Assembly (NCBI GenBank): GCA_963665665.1 | Contig: OY762428.1 | Span: 4,704,001 to 4,768,000, forward strand | Source: Candidatus Kapaibacterium sp. | GTDB taxonomy: Bacteria > Bacteroidota > Ignavibacteria > Kapaibacteriales > UBA2268 | Direction of reading: 5' to 3' | Length of the DNA stretch: 64,000 nt | Shown: positions 31,572-41,836 of the stretch, piece after piece | Position numbering within the stretch: position 1 is the first letter of the stretch | Layout of the letters: the number at the start of each line of letters is the position of its first letter | The notes under the pieces: generated by a model | Databases searched by the model: none | The model's input: only the letters and a program-made list of their open reading frames with translations | Told to the model about the DNA's origin: nothing | Made by a program: the position numbers and the translations under genes

Positions 31572-32347
31572 GCGCCTCAGGCATTTCATCATTCATCCTG
31601 TGGAAATTCTGTTCTGATAAATTATCAACAAGGCCGGGCATAGCAAACTTCATTATTTTTTAAATAAATATTAACCCGGCCAAAGCGATTACCGGCCCTG
31701 CCAGATCAAAACGGCAATTGAATATAGGGATCGAACGGACAAATAGAACGAAATTCAATATCAAAAAAGTGAAATTCTGTGTTTTCTGAGTAAAAATTTA
31801 CCTGAAAAAATGTTTTTGGAAGCACGAACCAACGCTAAGATGACACAAACCAAGCCTAAGACGGCACAAACCAACGATAAGATGACACGAACCAACGCTA
31901 AGATGACACAAACCAAGGCTAAGACGGCATGAACCAAGGCTAAGACGACATGAACCAACGCTAAGACGGCACGAACCAAGGCTAAGATGACATATCCCAA
32001 CGCTAAGATGACATATCCCAACGCTAAGACGACACGAACCAACGCTATGATGACATATCCCAACGCTAAGATGACATATATCAGCGATAATCAGGCTCTG
32101 GAGAACGCTCGGAAAGCACGGGGGAATGCTCGGAAAGCTCGGGGGAAGGGTCGGGAAGCTCGGGGGAACGCTCGGGAAGCACGGGGGAACGCTCGGGAAA
32201 CACGAGGGAACGCTCGGAAAGCACGGGGGAATGCTCGGAAAGCTTGGGGGAATGCTCGGAAAGCTTGGGGGAACGCTCCGAAAGCACGGGGGAACGCTCG
32301 GCAGGCTCGAGGGAACGCTCGGAAAGCACGGGGGAACGCTCGGAAAG
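31572..32347 (+). repeat. Bipartite 21-bp tandem-array element, copy 1: ~250-bp conserved flank, 12 A units, 21-bp linker, 12 B units
   Basis: A consensus CACGAACCAACGCTAAGATGA (31823-32074), linker CATATATCAGCGATAATCAGG (32075-32095), B consensus CACGGGGGAACGCTCGGAAAG (32096-32347); flank aligns with the reverse complement of 51245-51495. Confidence 0.9.
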
Positions 32348-32814
32348 CATAAAACAGCGGGTTTCCGGCACGAAAAATTGTTTCCAAAGAACACACCAAA
32401 GGCATTAAAGCCAATTATATCATGCATTTACATTAATATAAGCCTATTCAGCAGGATTTCTATAGGAGGATGGCCCGCGCCGCCGAAATAAAATTTCATC
32501 CGAGTGTTCATTTCACCAAATTAAAGTGTTTTAAAAGCTCGGGGAGATATATAATGTTCCTGGCTGAGGGAGTATATTAACTGAAGAATACACTTGTTTC
32601 TATGATAAACTCATGAAGAATAGATTCTTTACTTCATTCAGTGTGAAATTTTACGGCTTTATCTGCTACTAACAGTAGATGTGTTTCCGGCAGTGATCTT
32701 TTCTTATTAAGAATAATGAAACTTTTTGCTTAGTCCCAAGTTTTGGATGTGAGTCGTTTTATTTTGTGTTTAAAGAAAAATATTCCATACGACAGAAAAA
32801 TTAAAAAAAAACGG

Positions 32815-33000
32815 CTATTTAGAAAAGTCATAGTCGTCAGATGAAAGCATGGTTTTCAGGACTTTCATAAATTCTTCCTGGTCTTTATCAACAACATTTG
32901 ATATTTTTTCCATCATTTCCTGTTTCATCATTTCACGCATTAAAACGTCGTCTGATTTTTTTAAATCTTTTTTTGGGTCCTTTTTTTCCTGCTTAGCCAT
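32815..33000 (-). CDS. Small hypothetical helical protein (61 aa)
   Basis: GGAG RBS before ATG, charged amphipathic sequence, follows pyrC. Confidence 0.6.
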   Translation of the reverse strand: MAKQEKKDPKKDLKKSDDVLMREMMKQEMMEKISNVVDKDQEEFMKVLKTMLSSDDYDFSK

Positions 33001-33097
33001 ATTTTTTCTCCGATAAAATTATCTGTCATAATAATAAACGAACAGTGGGTGCGCAGATTGTTAAGAACGGGCGGCCGAAACCGCCCGTACTATACAA

Positions 33098-34381
33098 TTA
33101 TAGTTCAGTAACATACATTTTGTTGTTATTGAATGAATATTTTGGTTTCCCTTTCAGCCTCATACCTTCGTAAGGACAATTCCTGGCTTTGGTTTTGAAT
33201 TTCAATGTGTCAACCTGCCATTCTTCGTCGGGGTCGAATATTGTAAGGTTTGCTTTCGAGCCTTTATCAAGGATGATTTGCGGAAGCTGAAGGATGCGCC
33301 TTGGATTTACGGACATTTTTTCAATCACCTGATTGAGTGTCAGGTGGCCGGCATGGTAAAGGTATGTAAGAGAAGCTGCCAGAGATGTTTCAAGGCCTAC
33401 AATACCGAGAGGAGCCTGCTCGTATTCAACGTCTTTCTCGTGTACGGCATGAGGTGCGTGGTCGGTTGCAATACAATCGATTGTTCCGTCTTTCAGTCCT
33501 TCGATTATTGCATCAATATCCCTTTGCCTGCGAAGCGGGGGATTCATTTTGTAGTGAGTGTTATATGTAGCCACATTTCTGTCGTCAAGCGAGAAATGGT
33601 GGGGCGTAACTTCGCATGTTACCCTAAGGCCGCGGTTTTTGGCATCTTTAACCATTCTTACTGCACCGTTTGTGCTGATATGAGAAACATGGTAACGCCT
33701 TCTGCCGCAATATTCCGAAAGCATTATGTCGCGGGCAACGATCATCTCTTCAGCAACGTTGGGATATCCCTTAAGGCCGAGTTTATCGGAAAGAGCGCCT
33801 TCATTCATAGCAAAGTGTTCTGTCAGGGCATGATCTTCGGCATGTTGGGCAATCAGAAGGTCTTTCGTGGCTGCATAATCAAATATAAGCCTCATTACAT
33901 CACTGCTCTGCACCGAATCTCCATCGTCAGTGAACATAACAACGCCTTCATCATGAAGTTCTATCATGGGGGAGAGCTGCTTGCCTTCTCTTTTCTTAGT
34001 CATTGCTGCCGAAACATACACGTCCAGCATGAAATCTTTTGTTTTTTCATTAATATAATTAACGGTAACGGCATTGTCAATTGCAGGGTCGGTATTCGGC
34101 ATAACTACTACTCCGGTAAAACCTCCGTTTGTGGCCGCATCGGATCCGGTTTTAAGATTCTCTTTGTATTCGAATCCTGGTTCGCGGAAATGTACGTGCA
34201 TATCAAACAATCCTGGCGAGCAAACCAGTTTGTCTGCTTCAACAACTTCTGTTTTTTTGTCAACATCAGCAATATCAGGAGAGAAATGGATAATTTCACC
34301 ATCTTTTATCCACAGGTTCAATTTTGTATCAAAATTCTGAGCCGGGCTTATTGCTCTGATATTTTTGAAATATATATTCAC
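33098..34381 (-). CDS. pyrC: Dihydroorotase
   Basis: PGLFDMHVHFREPG, MPNT, EVTPHH, KMNPPLR, ATDHAPH. Confidence 0.93.
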   Translation of the reverse strand: MNIYFKNIRAISPAQNFDTKLNLWIKDGEIIHFSPDIADVDKKTEVVEADKLVCSPGLFDMHVHFREPGFEYKENLKTGSDAATNGGFTGVVVMPNTDPAIDNAVTVNYINEKTKDFMLDVYVSAAMTKKREGKQLSPMIELHDEGVVMFTDDGDSVQSSDVMRLIFDYAATKDLLIAQHAEDHALTEHFAMNEGALSDKLGLKGYPNVAEEMIVARDIMLSEYCGRRRYHVSHISTNGAVRMVKDAKNRGLRVTCEVTPHHFSLDDRNVATYNTHYKMNPPLRRQRDIDAIIEGLKDGTIDCIATDHAPHAVHEKDVEYEQAPLGIVGLETSLAASLTYLYHAGHLTLNQVIEKMSVNPRRILQLPQIILDKGSKANLTIFDPDEEWQVDTLKFKTKARNCPYEGMRLKGKPKYSFNNNKMYVTEL

Positions 34382-34574
34382 TTTGCCTCCGGTTATAATT
34401 TATTTAATTAATAGAAATTTCAATCAATTAAAACACTAATAAAAATAGCGCTTTTGCTTTAAAATAAGGGTGTTTTCTTCATAAATATCTTTAAACAAAA
34501 CATACCTTTTACAGAAATATAATTTATCACTATTTCCGCATATTTAAAAATGTTTTGTTGCAGAACAGTTTTCA

Positions 34575-36389
34575 CTACTTTCTTATCAAATTCAATTGAT
34601 TGAAACTATCTGTCAGCCATGCAGAGATCAGGGGATAAAATTCCAGGTATTCATCCGGAGTTATCTCGGTCTGGTCGAAATAAATAGTTTTTGTAATAAA
34701 CAGCTTATCGCCTTTTTTGATATATTTGATTTCACACTTACCAATTGCATTTGTTATCGATTTGTTCTCAGGTATATATACTTCAATATTTCCCGGCAGT
34801 TCGATAACATATTCAATTGTTTCATCAATTCTGTGCATTATTTTCAGAGGGTTGCTTCTTTCAGCATTTATCAGCTCTCCGAAATATTTTTCGATACTAC
34901 CCTTCGAAAATGGAAGTTCAATGCTGCATCCGTTTCTGAAAAATTCAGGTTCTTGTGAAGTTTCAATATTCAGGTTACAATTATAAACCGGGTTTTCAGG
35001 ATAAATAATTCCGGAATCCTCAAAATTTGTTTTATATCCATTTCCAATTACAGATTTGAATAGTTTAACCGCTGTACTTTTCTTATAATCATGCAGGTAT
35101 TCGCCCTTAATGAAAGCATTTACTGTTCCGGAAAGCTTCCCGTTTTCATCCATCTTCAGTTTCAAACCGAATGATAATTTTCCGGGTGCTGGTGTGTCAA
35201 AAGCCATTCTTTCGAAATCATCGTCTTCAAATAATGGAATAAAGCCGTCATTTTTTATGAAAAATTCCTGGTCGTGGCTGTTAACGGCAATAATTGCCAT
35301 AATATCAGGAACAAGCTCAACAGCTACTGCCGCTTTAGAATATGAGTTGATGCTTCTGGCCAATTCTTTGTCCCATATTTCGGTTGCAAGCAGGGGGGAG
35401 GCTTTTATTCCTGCTTCACGGCACATTGCTGCAAGGAGAATGGATTTATCCAATACGCTGCCGTTGTTCCTGTCAAAAACCTCTTGTGCCGTCATTGGTT
35501 TATATCCTGAATATTTAAACGGGCAGTGAGATAAACTGATATTATTTTCCACGTAGGATTGCAATGCAAGAGCCTTATCAAGAATTTCGGTTTTAGCTTC
35601 CGTAAGTTCAGCTGCTTTTTTAATAATTTCATCATTAATTTCAAAGAGATCAGTTTGCCCATAAACATGTTTTCTGATTTCATTTTTGTTTATTGTTGAG
35701 AACCAGAATGTGGGGAGTAAATCAATATCTTTAGGGCTGCCGGCTTCGTGCTTGTTCAGAGGAATATGGCTAAATTTATATGTATATGTATCAATTCCTC
35801 CGGATTTTTTCAGGGCAGGTTTTATTTTGTAATTCAACACACCGTGATTTAGTTTTATTCCTTCCGGTATGATAATACTTATTTTATATTCTTTTACCGG
35901 GCTGTTTTCAGGAATTACAAACAAATCTCCAAATCCGGGCAGGAATCCGGATTTTGTTTTGATAGTATAATCAAGATAAATTACAGCATCTTTCTCTAAC
36001 CCGGTGTGGGTAACAACCATTTCGCGCAGGTTCATATTTGGGGCTGAATGCGCAGCGCAGCGTGGTAATACTTCGTTGAAAGCGTTAGCCGGGGAAGCTA
36101 CTTCTTTGCCGTCTGCCATAACAGTGTAAGCGTGATTGACTTTCAATTCCTGGTAATCAGGGTTATAAATAATAAAAGTTTCGCCATAAGCCCTGTTCAC
36201 GGAATAACCCGTCAACAACTTCACTTCGCTTGAATAATGAAATTCAGTTGAACCGTCAGTGTTAAGTTTGTATTCTTTTTCGATTTTATTGAAAACCGCA
36301 TCGGCTTCTTTTTCGCTATAATTGGCAAGTACAATATTTGAAGCAAACAGAAATAAAACAGCCATCAATTTAATTAAATTTTTCATCAT
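34575..36389 (-). CDS. DUF3857 + transglutaminase-like domain protein (catalytic Cys absent)
   Basis: Signal peptide, DUF3857-like N-terminus, GSVLDKSILLAAM where GxCxD is expected. Confidence 0.7.
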   Translation of the reverse strand: MMKNLIKLMAVLFLFASNIVLANYSEKEADAVFNKIEKEYKLNTDGSTEFHYSSEVKLLTGYSVNRAYGETFIIYNPDYQELKVNHAYTVMADGKEVASPANAFNEVLPRCAAHSAPNMNLREMVVTHTGLEKDAVIYLDYTIKTKSGFLPGFGDLFVIPENSPVKEYKISIIIPEGIKLNHGVLNYKIKPALKKSGGIDTYTYKFSHIPLNKHEAGSPKDIDLLPTFWFSTINKNEIRKHVYGQTDLFEINDEIIKKAAELTEAKTEILDKALALQSYVENNISLSHCPFKYSGYKPMTAQEVFDRNNGSVLDKSILLAAMCREAGIKASPLLATEIWDKELARSINSYSKAAVAVELVPDIMAIIAVNSHDQEFFIKNDGFIPLFEDDDFERMAFDTPAPGKLSFGLKLKMDENGKLSGTVNAFIKGEYLHDYKKSTAVKLFKSVIGNGYKTNFEDSGIIYPENPVYNCNLNIETSQEPEFFRNGCSIELPFSKGSIEKYFGELINAERSNPLKIMHRIDETIEYVIELPGNIEVYIPENKSITNAIGKCEIKYIKKGDKLFITKTIYFDQTEITPDEYLEFYPLISAWLTDSFNQLNLIRK

Positions 36390-36401
36390 TTTTTCCTCCC
36401 C

Positions 36402-38471
36402 TTATTTCTTAATTATTATTGGTGTATCTGATAATTTCTGCCTTTCTGCAATAACCGACCTGAAGCCCGGCCAGTCAGCGGATTCATAAAGGCGCTTTTC
36501 AAATCTGAGAGTTGATTTCAGATTTATTTTCTTCCCTTTCACAGTATATTTTGCCTTGAATGAAGCAGGCTTCGTTTCAATATCAGTGAAATCTGGAATA
36601 AATTCAACTTTACCATCAGCAATTTTTATATTTTCATCAATTTCTACCAGTTTGGAACAACCGATCCTGAAACCGTATTTCCTTTCAGTCAGGCTTGTAT
36701 CCATTAGGAATTCGGTATTAATTGATTCCTTAAGCGGATCTAAGGCAGTAATCGGAATAAATCTTTCTTCACCTGCAAAATTCTTTGAATAGTCCGGTAT
36801 TGTAAAACTAATTTCGATTTTAACCGGATCAGAATAATCAGAAGGATCGCCGAATTCAAAGTCATCAACAGTGGCAACAGGCGATACGCTTTTCATGATT
36901 CTTGCTGCTCCTTCATTCCAATTGGATTTCCAGCTTCTTGAAAATGCCCGACGAACCCGGGAATCAGTTTGTCCTTCGGCTGTAAATATAAGTTTTCCTT
37001 TCAAAGTTCCGTTTTTGAGAAGTTCTGTTTCAGCATTAATCTTCAGGTAATGATTTTCAGCAGGGGATACCGGGGTAGTCATAATGTCTGCCCCGCCAGG
37101 AATACCCATAAGAAATTGCTGCTGCTGTTCAGCGCTGGACCATAACTCTCTGACACCGGGAACCCATGTCGGGTCGAGAAGTATCCAGTCACCATTTTTG
37201 AGTTTTGCAACAGTAACACTGTGGTTAAACTGATCGGCAGGTATTTTGTCAATCCTCGAACCGGCCATTGTCATTGCTGCATAGGATTCGAATCCTGCTG
37301 CCCTTAGCATAGTTATCAGCATTCCGGCCTTGTCCTTACAAACTCCGCAGCGGTCTGCAAAAGTCATTTCTCCTTTGTGAAGAGTATATCCTTCGCCTTC
37401 GCCCATTGATATACCCGAGTATCTGATTTCATCGGCACACCAGTGGGTAAGTATCTGAATTTTTTCCATTTCGTCAGATACTCCGCTAAGCAGTTCATCA
37501 GTTTTAGCCTGAACTTCCGGAGTTACTTCAAAGCTACCGTAATCTTCATTAACGCCGTGGAACCACACTGCTTTCTGATACCAGTCCCTGCTTGTAGAAA
37601 CAAGTAGCTTTGTTGCAACATCACTTGCCGCAAGCATGTTCGGTTCACCACGGAAAGGCATAATATCATTTTTGTACCAGCAATATTCCGTTTTCCCGCT
37701 TCGATTGATTTCATCCTCTCTTCCGGCAATTTTTGCAGGTTCTTTCTCAATTTTATGGGGATTAATTCTGACAGTAATATCTTTGTCATTAACGGCATTG
37801 AAATGAATATACGATGAGACTTCACCATTGTAGATTTCATATTGAAGAGGTTTGTTTTCCGGGACATATATTTTATAAACTTTAGATAAAATTGGCGTAC
37901 CGGTCCAGAAATTTACAATATCATAAAAATGCCCCTTCATGGGAGGAATAAATTTATCTTCTTCATTATCCATAAGAAGGGCATAAGTAAATCCTTTTCG
38001 GAAGGTTATTATTTCAACGGCATCTCCGGGTTCGAGCCTGCCGATTTCTACTGCTTTGCTCCTTGCCCCCCAGTAGATCATTCTTGCAGGTGCAGGGTAG
38101 TCGTAAACTTTTTCTGCCGGAACAACATCCTCTGTACCGTCAGCCCTGTATATTTTTGCCAGTTTTATTGAAATATCAGCCGAAAGAGGTTCATATCCGA
38201 AAATCAATAAATTATTAGCTACTGCGCCCTTTGTATTCAATATCTTTACTAATCTGTGGTTATGTACATAGCTGAGTCCCGATTCCTGAACATCAACAAT
38301 TGTTGAATCAAAAATGATAACCGAAGCAGCATTGTTGAATTTCTCACCGCAGCCGGCATTTTCAATTATTTGCCTTACATCGTTGTTTTCCTGGGCTATT
38401 GATTCTGAATTTGTAGTATAAAAAATTAATAAAATCAGAAATAGTGGTATGATAGATTTTCTTGAGCTCAT
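36402..38471 (-). CDS. DUF3857 + transglutaminase-like domain protein
   Basis: EIRYSG, GVCKDKA, FNH and WILLDPT give a Cys-His-Asp triad. Confidence 0.82.
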   Translation of the reverse strand: MSSRKSIIPLFLILLIFYTTNSESIAQENNDVRQIIENAGCGEKFNNAASVIIFDSTIVDVQESGLSYVHNHRLVKILNTKGAVANNLLIFGYEPLSADISIKLAKIYRADGTEDVVPAEKVYDYPAPARMIYWGARSKAVEIGRLEPGDAVEIITFRKGFTYALLMDNEEDKFIPPMKGHFYDIVNFWTGTPILSKVYKIYVPENKPLQYEIYNGEVSSYIHFNAVNDKDITVRINPHKIEKEPAKIAGREDEINRSGKTEYCWYKNDIMPFRGEPNMLAASDVATKLLVSTSRDWYQKAVWFHGVNEDYGSFEVTPEVQAKTDELLSGVSDEMEKIQILTHWCADEIRYSGISMGEGEGYTLHKGEMTFADRCGVCKDKAGMLITMLRAAGFESYAAMTMAGSRIDKIPADQFNHSVTVAKLKNGDWILLDPTWVPGVRELWSSAEQQQQFLMGIPGGADIMTTPVSPAENHYLKINAETELLKNGTLKGKLIFTAEGQTDSRVRRAFSRSWKSNWNEGAARIMKSVSPVATVDDFEFGDPSDYSDPVKIEISFTIPDYSKNFAGEERFIPITALDPLKESINTEFLMDTSLTERKYGFRIGCSKLVEIDENIKIADGKVEFIPDFTDIETKPASFKAKYTVKGKKINLKSTLRFEKRLYESADWPGFRSVIAERQKLSDTPIIIKK

Positions 38472-38596
38472 CGGTAGTCCGTTTAATAAAAAACATATAT
38501 GATTTATTCCTGATACAAATTTATCAAAATTCAGCTTCTATACAATAAAAAAAGCGGCCGAAGCCGCTTCAAAAAAAAGATTTTATGTCTTATTAA

Positions 38597-41575
38597 TTAC
38601 TTATTGATAACAAGCCTTGTCATTTGCTTGTTATTTCCTGAACTAAGTAAGACATGATAAACGCCACTGGACAGAGTTGACAGATTGATATCAATTGAGT
38701 TCATTCCGGGAGTATAATACTGTCCGTTAGTTGTGTAAACTTTGTTTCCCAGATTGTCGAAGATTGATATTTCAACATTTGATGGAACAAACTGTTTCCA
38801 ACTAATTGCAGCATTTTCTGATACAGGGTTGGGAGTTACTTTTATATCACTTCCGTCAATAACGAAATCTTCCACTCCTGTAACTTCATCATTCATAACT
38901 ATATCGTCAATATACCACCCGTCTTCATTCCTGAATTTGTTTGCAGCAACATTGAATTTTACCATCAGTGTATCACCGATATAATCTTCAAGTATAACTT
39001 TATCCAAAACCCATTTACTGGTTTCAATTTTGCCGGTAAATGAATCAGGATGGGTAGTTTCATCCGTTCTGAAAACTTCAGTCCAGGTCAGGCCGAAATC
39101 ATTACTTACATTTATTGTTGCATAATCTGTACCGGATCCGTCGATATTGGCAATATTATAAAAATTCAGCACAAACTTATCATCCGAAATAACAAACGGG
39201 GCGAACATTGAATAAAAATCACCTTCTTCGTAATCTCCGTCAGGGGAGTCATGCAAACTTGAAGGATTTGAATGTGCAGCAGTATTAACCACATCCCAAC
39301 TACCATCTGTATATGAAGGCATTATATTCGAGCTATTATCAAAATTCTCTTCGAAAGTTGCATAAGGTTCGCCTGCATAAACGATATATTCCTCTGTCAT
39401 CTGGCTTTCGTATTCAACTCCAGCGCGAGAAGTGACAGCCTTCATTGTTATTTTGTAGAACCTTTCAGTATCAAGGTTTAATTCTTTCGCAAGATCGGCT
39501 CCGGGAGATACTTCGTATTCAATATCAGTGTGCAATTCGTCATCAACGAATATCTGAATTTTTACAAGGTCGCCCGCAAAGCTGCTGTCCACGTGCATTG
39601 ACGGATTAATCCAGCTTAAATTCAGCCCGTTAGCAGAAGGAATATAACTGATATTGCCCGGCATCATCGGGACAGGGTTGCCACCCGCATAGGCTGAGGC
39701 AGAAATTGGTATGCTTTCGCCATATTGATTTTTGATTATTATCTGGTAATTGTATTCTTTTCCGCTTTCAAGCCCGCTGTCTGTATAGCTTGTTTTTCCT
39801 GATTCCAATTCAGCAATCTGACTTCCGTCACGGCTTAATAAAATTGTGTAATTGCCAATATCAGAACCCATAATAGTATGAGTCGGGTTAATCCAGGAAA
39901 GGTTTATCTGTTCAGGGTTTTCATATTCCCCTTTTGCCGTGAAATTTTCCGGCCTTAGCGGGCCAAGTGATAGCTTAACAGTGAATAGCTCAAGGTCATC
40001 AAAATTGCCATAAGTTGGTTCGGGCATCCAGAAAAGAGGGTAAAATTTTCCATTATAAGCTGTCATTGAAGTATAATCACCCCAATAGAAATTATTTGAT
40101 TCACCCTGAGGGCTAACATCATTCTGACTGGTGATGTACCATGTTTCAGGTGTTAATCGAATATTATTAAAATTCTCTCCGTCGGTTGAAACAGCCATGT
40201 AAGCATCAATTCCCTGGTTGTTTTCATCATTCCGGGAGCTGTAATAAAATACAGCCACGATACCTGTAACAGGATCGACTGCTATTGCCGGGAAGAACAT
40301 ATCATTTCTTACTTCCGCATCATCAATTCTCATCTTTTTCTCCCATGTTGTACCGCCGTCTTTGGATATTGTAAGAAACACTCCATAAGAACCGCCACCG
40401 TATATACGACCGGCCTGTACAACATAAATCCAGCCTTTCCTTGGCCCGTTAGAACAATCAACAGCTATTTCCGGAAGGGCGGACACACGCATATTCTGTT
40501 TGTCTTCAAAAATATAACGCCCTTCGTAAATTGTTCCTGCAGGGTAAACGCTTTGGGCTGTTATCGGTTTAGAAAGCCAGGTAAGGCCGCCGTCAGTTGA
40601 TTTCTGGAAAACAGCTTCTGTTTTTGTACTGGCTCCGGCACGGTATATAACATATATATCTCCGTTTGGTGCTACCACAGGCACCGGAGAGTGAGATCCG
40701 GATTCACCTCCTGATTCGGGAAGAATTATCTCATCAGACCATGTCTGGCCGGCATCAGTGCTGCGCGAGAACGCAATCCCGTCATTGATGATAAATTTTC
40801 TCCAGGTAACATATATATTGTTTTTGTTCGGAGAACTTTCGATATTATCGGCTACAATGGTATATCTGTCATGAAATGGCTTCCAACCGGATCCTTTTTC
40901 AAGGACAACCGGTTTGGGGTCTTCCCATGATTCTCCACCGTCTTTTGAACGGCAAACGAAAATACCGTTCTGGTCTCTTCCTGTCTGAACGGTTTGTGTA
41001 AAACCATAACAATAATAAGCCCATCCGTTTGCATCGAATGTGATTCCCGGGTCAAAAATTGTCATATCCCATTCATTGTCAGGAGTGTCAATATATAAAT
41101 CGAAATTTGATGGTGTTGTAGATTCTGTCCATGTATCACCACCGTCTTTTGTATAAAATGCAGGCATTTTATATCCGCCTGAAGGAATAAGGTAACGGCT
41201 GTCGTTGCTTGTAGCAATAATATTATCGGGATCTGTCGGGTTTAGGGCAATCCATGTTTCATGCTGGCCGGCAGCTGCATTAGAAACATTTACAAGTTCA
41301 AAACCGTTTTCGTTCAAAATCCTGTCTCTTGGAGGCTGCTTTTCAAATTTTTTGTAAACCTCGGCAGGTATAGGCCTTCCCTTGAAATAATTCTGGTAGT
41401 TCCATTTAATCATACCAAGCTGCTCCTGGCTGAGAGACTTTTCCGGCCTCATTAATATGGAAATGTTCCTGTATTCGTATTGAGCTGATGAATTAATAAA
41501 GGAGAAAGCGATTATTGGCAAAATTGCCATGAGGAGTCTTCTCGTCATTTTCCAAACCCTGTCATTTTTAAACAA
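38597..41575 (-). CDS. Secreted sialidase-fold/BNR protein with FN3 domains and T9SS CTD
   Basis: ETWIALNPTDP, DP motif, several SxDGGxTW boxes, WGDY, GWYIDDI, VTPNP...SGVY. Confidence 0.8.
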   Translation of the reverse strand: MFKNDRVWKMTRRLLMAILPIIAFSFINSSAQYEYRNISILMRPEKSLSQEQLGMIKWNYQNYFKGRPIPAEVYKKFEKQPPRDRILNENGFELVNVSNAAAGQHETWIALNPTDPDNIIATSNDSRYLIPSGGYKMPAFYTKDGGDTWTESTTPSNFDLYIDTPDNEWDMTIFDPGITFDANGWAYYCYGFTQTVQTGRDQNGIFVCRSKDGGESWEDPKPVVLEKGSGWKPFHDRYTIVADNIESSPNKNNIYVTWRKFIINDGIAFSRSTDAGQTWSDEIILPESGGESGSHSPVPVVAPNGDIYVIYRAGASTKTEAVFQKSTDGGLTWLSKPITAQSVYPAGTIYEGRYIFEDKQNMRVSALPEIAVDCSNGPRKGWIYVVQAGRIYGGGSYGVFLTISKDGGTTWEKKMRIDDAEVRNDMFFPAIAVDPVTGIVAVFYYSSRNDENNQGIDAYMAVSTDGENFNNIRLTPETWYITSQNDVSPQGESNNFYWGDYTSMTAYNGKFYPLFWMPEPTYGNFDDLELFTVKLSLGPLRPENFTAKGEYENPEQINLSWINPTHTIMGSDIGNYTILLSRDGSQIAELESGKTSYTDSGLESGKEYNYQIIIKNQYGESIPISASAYAGGNPVPMMPGNISYIPSANGLNLSWINPSMHVDSSFAGDLVKIQIFVDDELHTDIEYEVSPGADLAKELNLDTERFYKITMKAVTSRAGVEYESQMTEEYIVYAGEPYATFEENFDNSSNIMPSYTDGSWDVVNTAAHSNPSSLHDSPDGDYEEGDFYSMFAPFVISDDKFVLNFYNIANIDGSGTDYATINVSNDFGLTWTEVFRTDETTHPDSFTGKIETSKWVLDKVILEDYIGDTLMVKFNVAANKFRNEDGWYIDDIVMNDEVTGVEDFVIDGSDIKVTPNPVSENAAISWKQFVPSNVEISIFDNLGNKVYTTNGQYYTPGMNSIDINLSTLSSGVYHVLLSSGNNKQMTRLVINK

Positions 41576-41784
41576 ATTATTCTTCCAAATCCCGTTCTGT
41601 CATTAAATCATAGTAAAAGACGTGATTTATTAACTTAAATTATAAAAAATCGTTCTTTCACCAAAGCATAGAAACATGAATTTAAAAAAAAGTTACAAGC
41701 TTATTTTTATCAAACACAAAAATACAAATAATTGAGCAAAATATTCTTAAGCGATTATAAAATATATGTTTTTATCATATTTGA

Positions 41785-41820
41785 ATTGTTGATGCACTGC
41801 CGCTAAAGTGCATCAACAAT
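41785..41820. terminator. Long hairpin downstream of hydF
   Basis: ATTGTTGATGCACT / AGTGCATCAACAAT 14-bp perfect inverted repeat. Confidence 0.6.
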
Positions 41821-41836
41821 ATCAAATCAGTAATTT

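Noticed and set aside
31823-32347. 21-bp arrays as a CRISPR or TIGR-type array
   Set aside because: Units are contiguous with only a few recurring variants, there are no unique spacers, and no cas or Nop-domain gene is in the window.
31761-32491. Other overlapping repeat ORFs in both arrays (LVRVILA, RGNARKA, GTLGKHE, ERSPVLS frames)
   Set aside because: Open frames are expected from a 21-bp period; these cover one arm only or contain stops in at least one copy.
33278-34411. 377-aa plus-strand ORF
   Set aside because: Antisense shadow of pyrC with no recognisable motifs; the same applies to the many short ORFs opposite ruvB, aspS, moxR and hydF.
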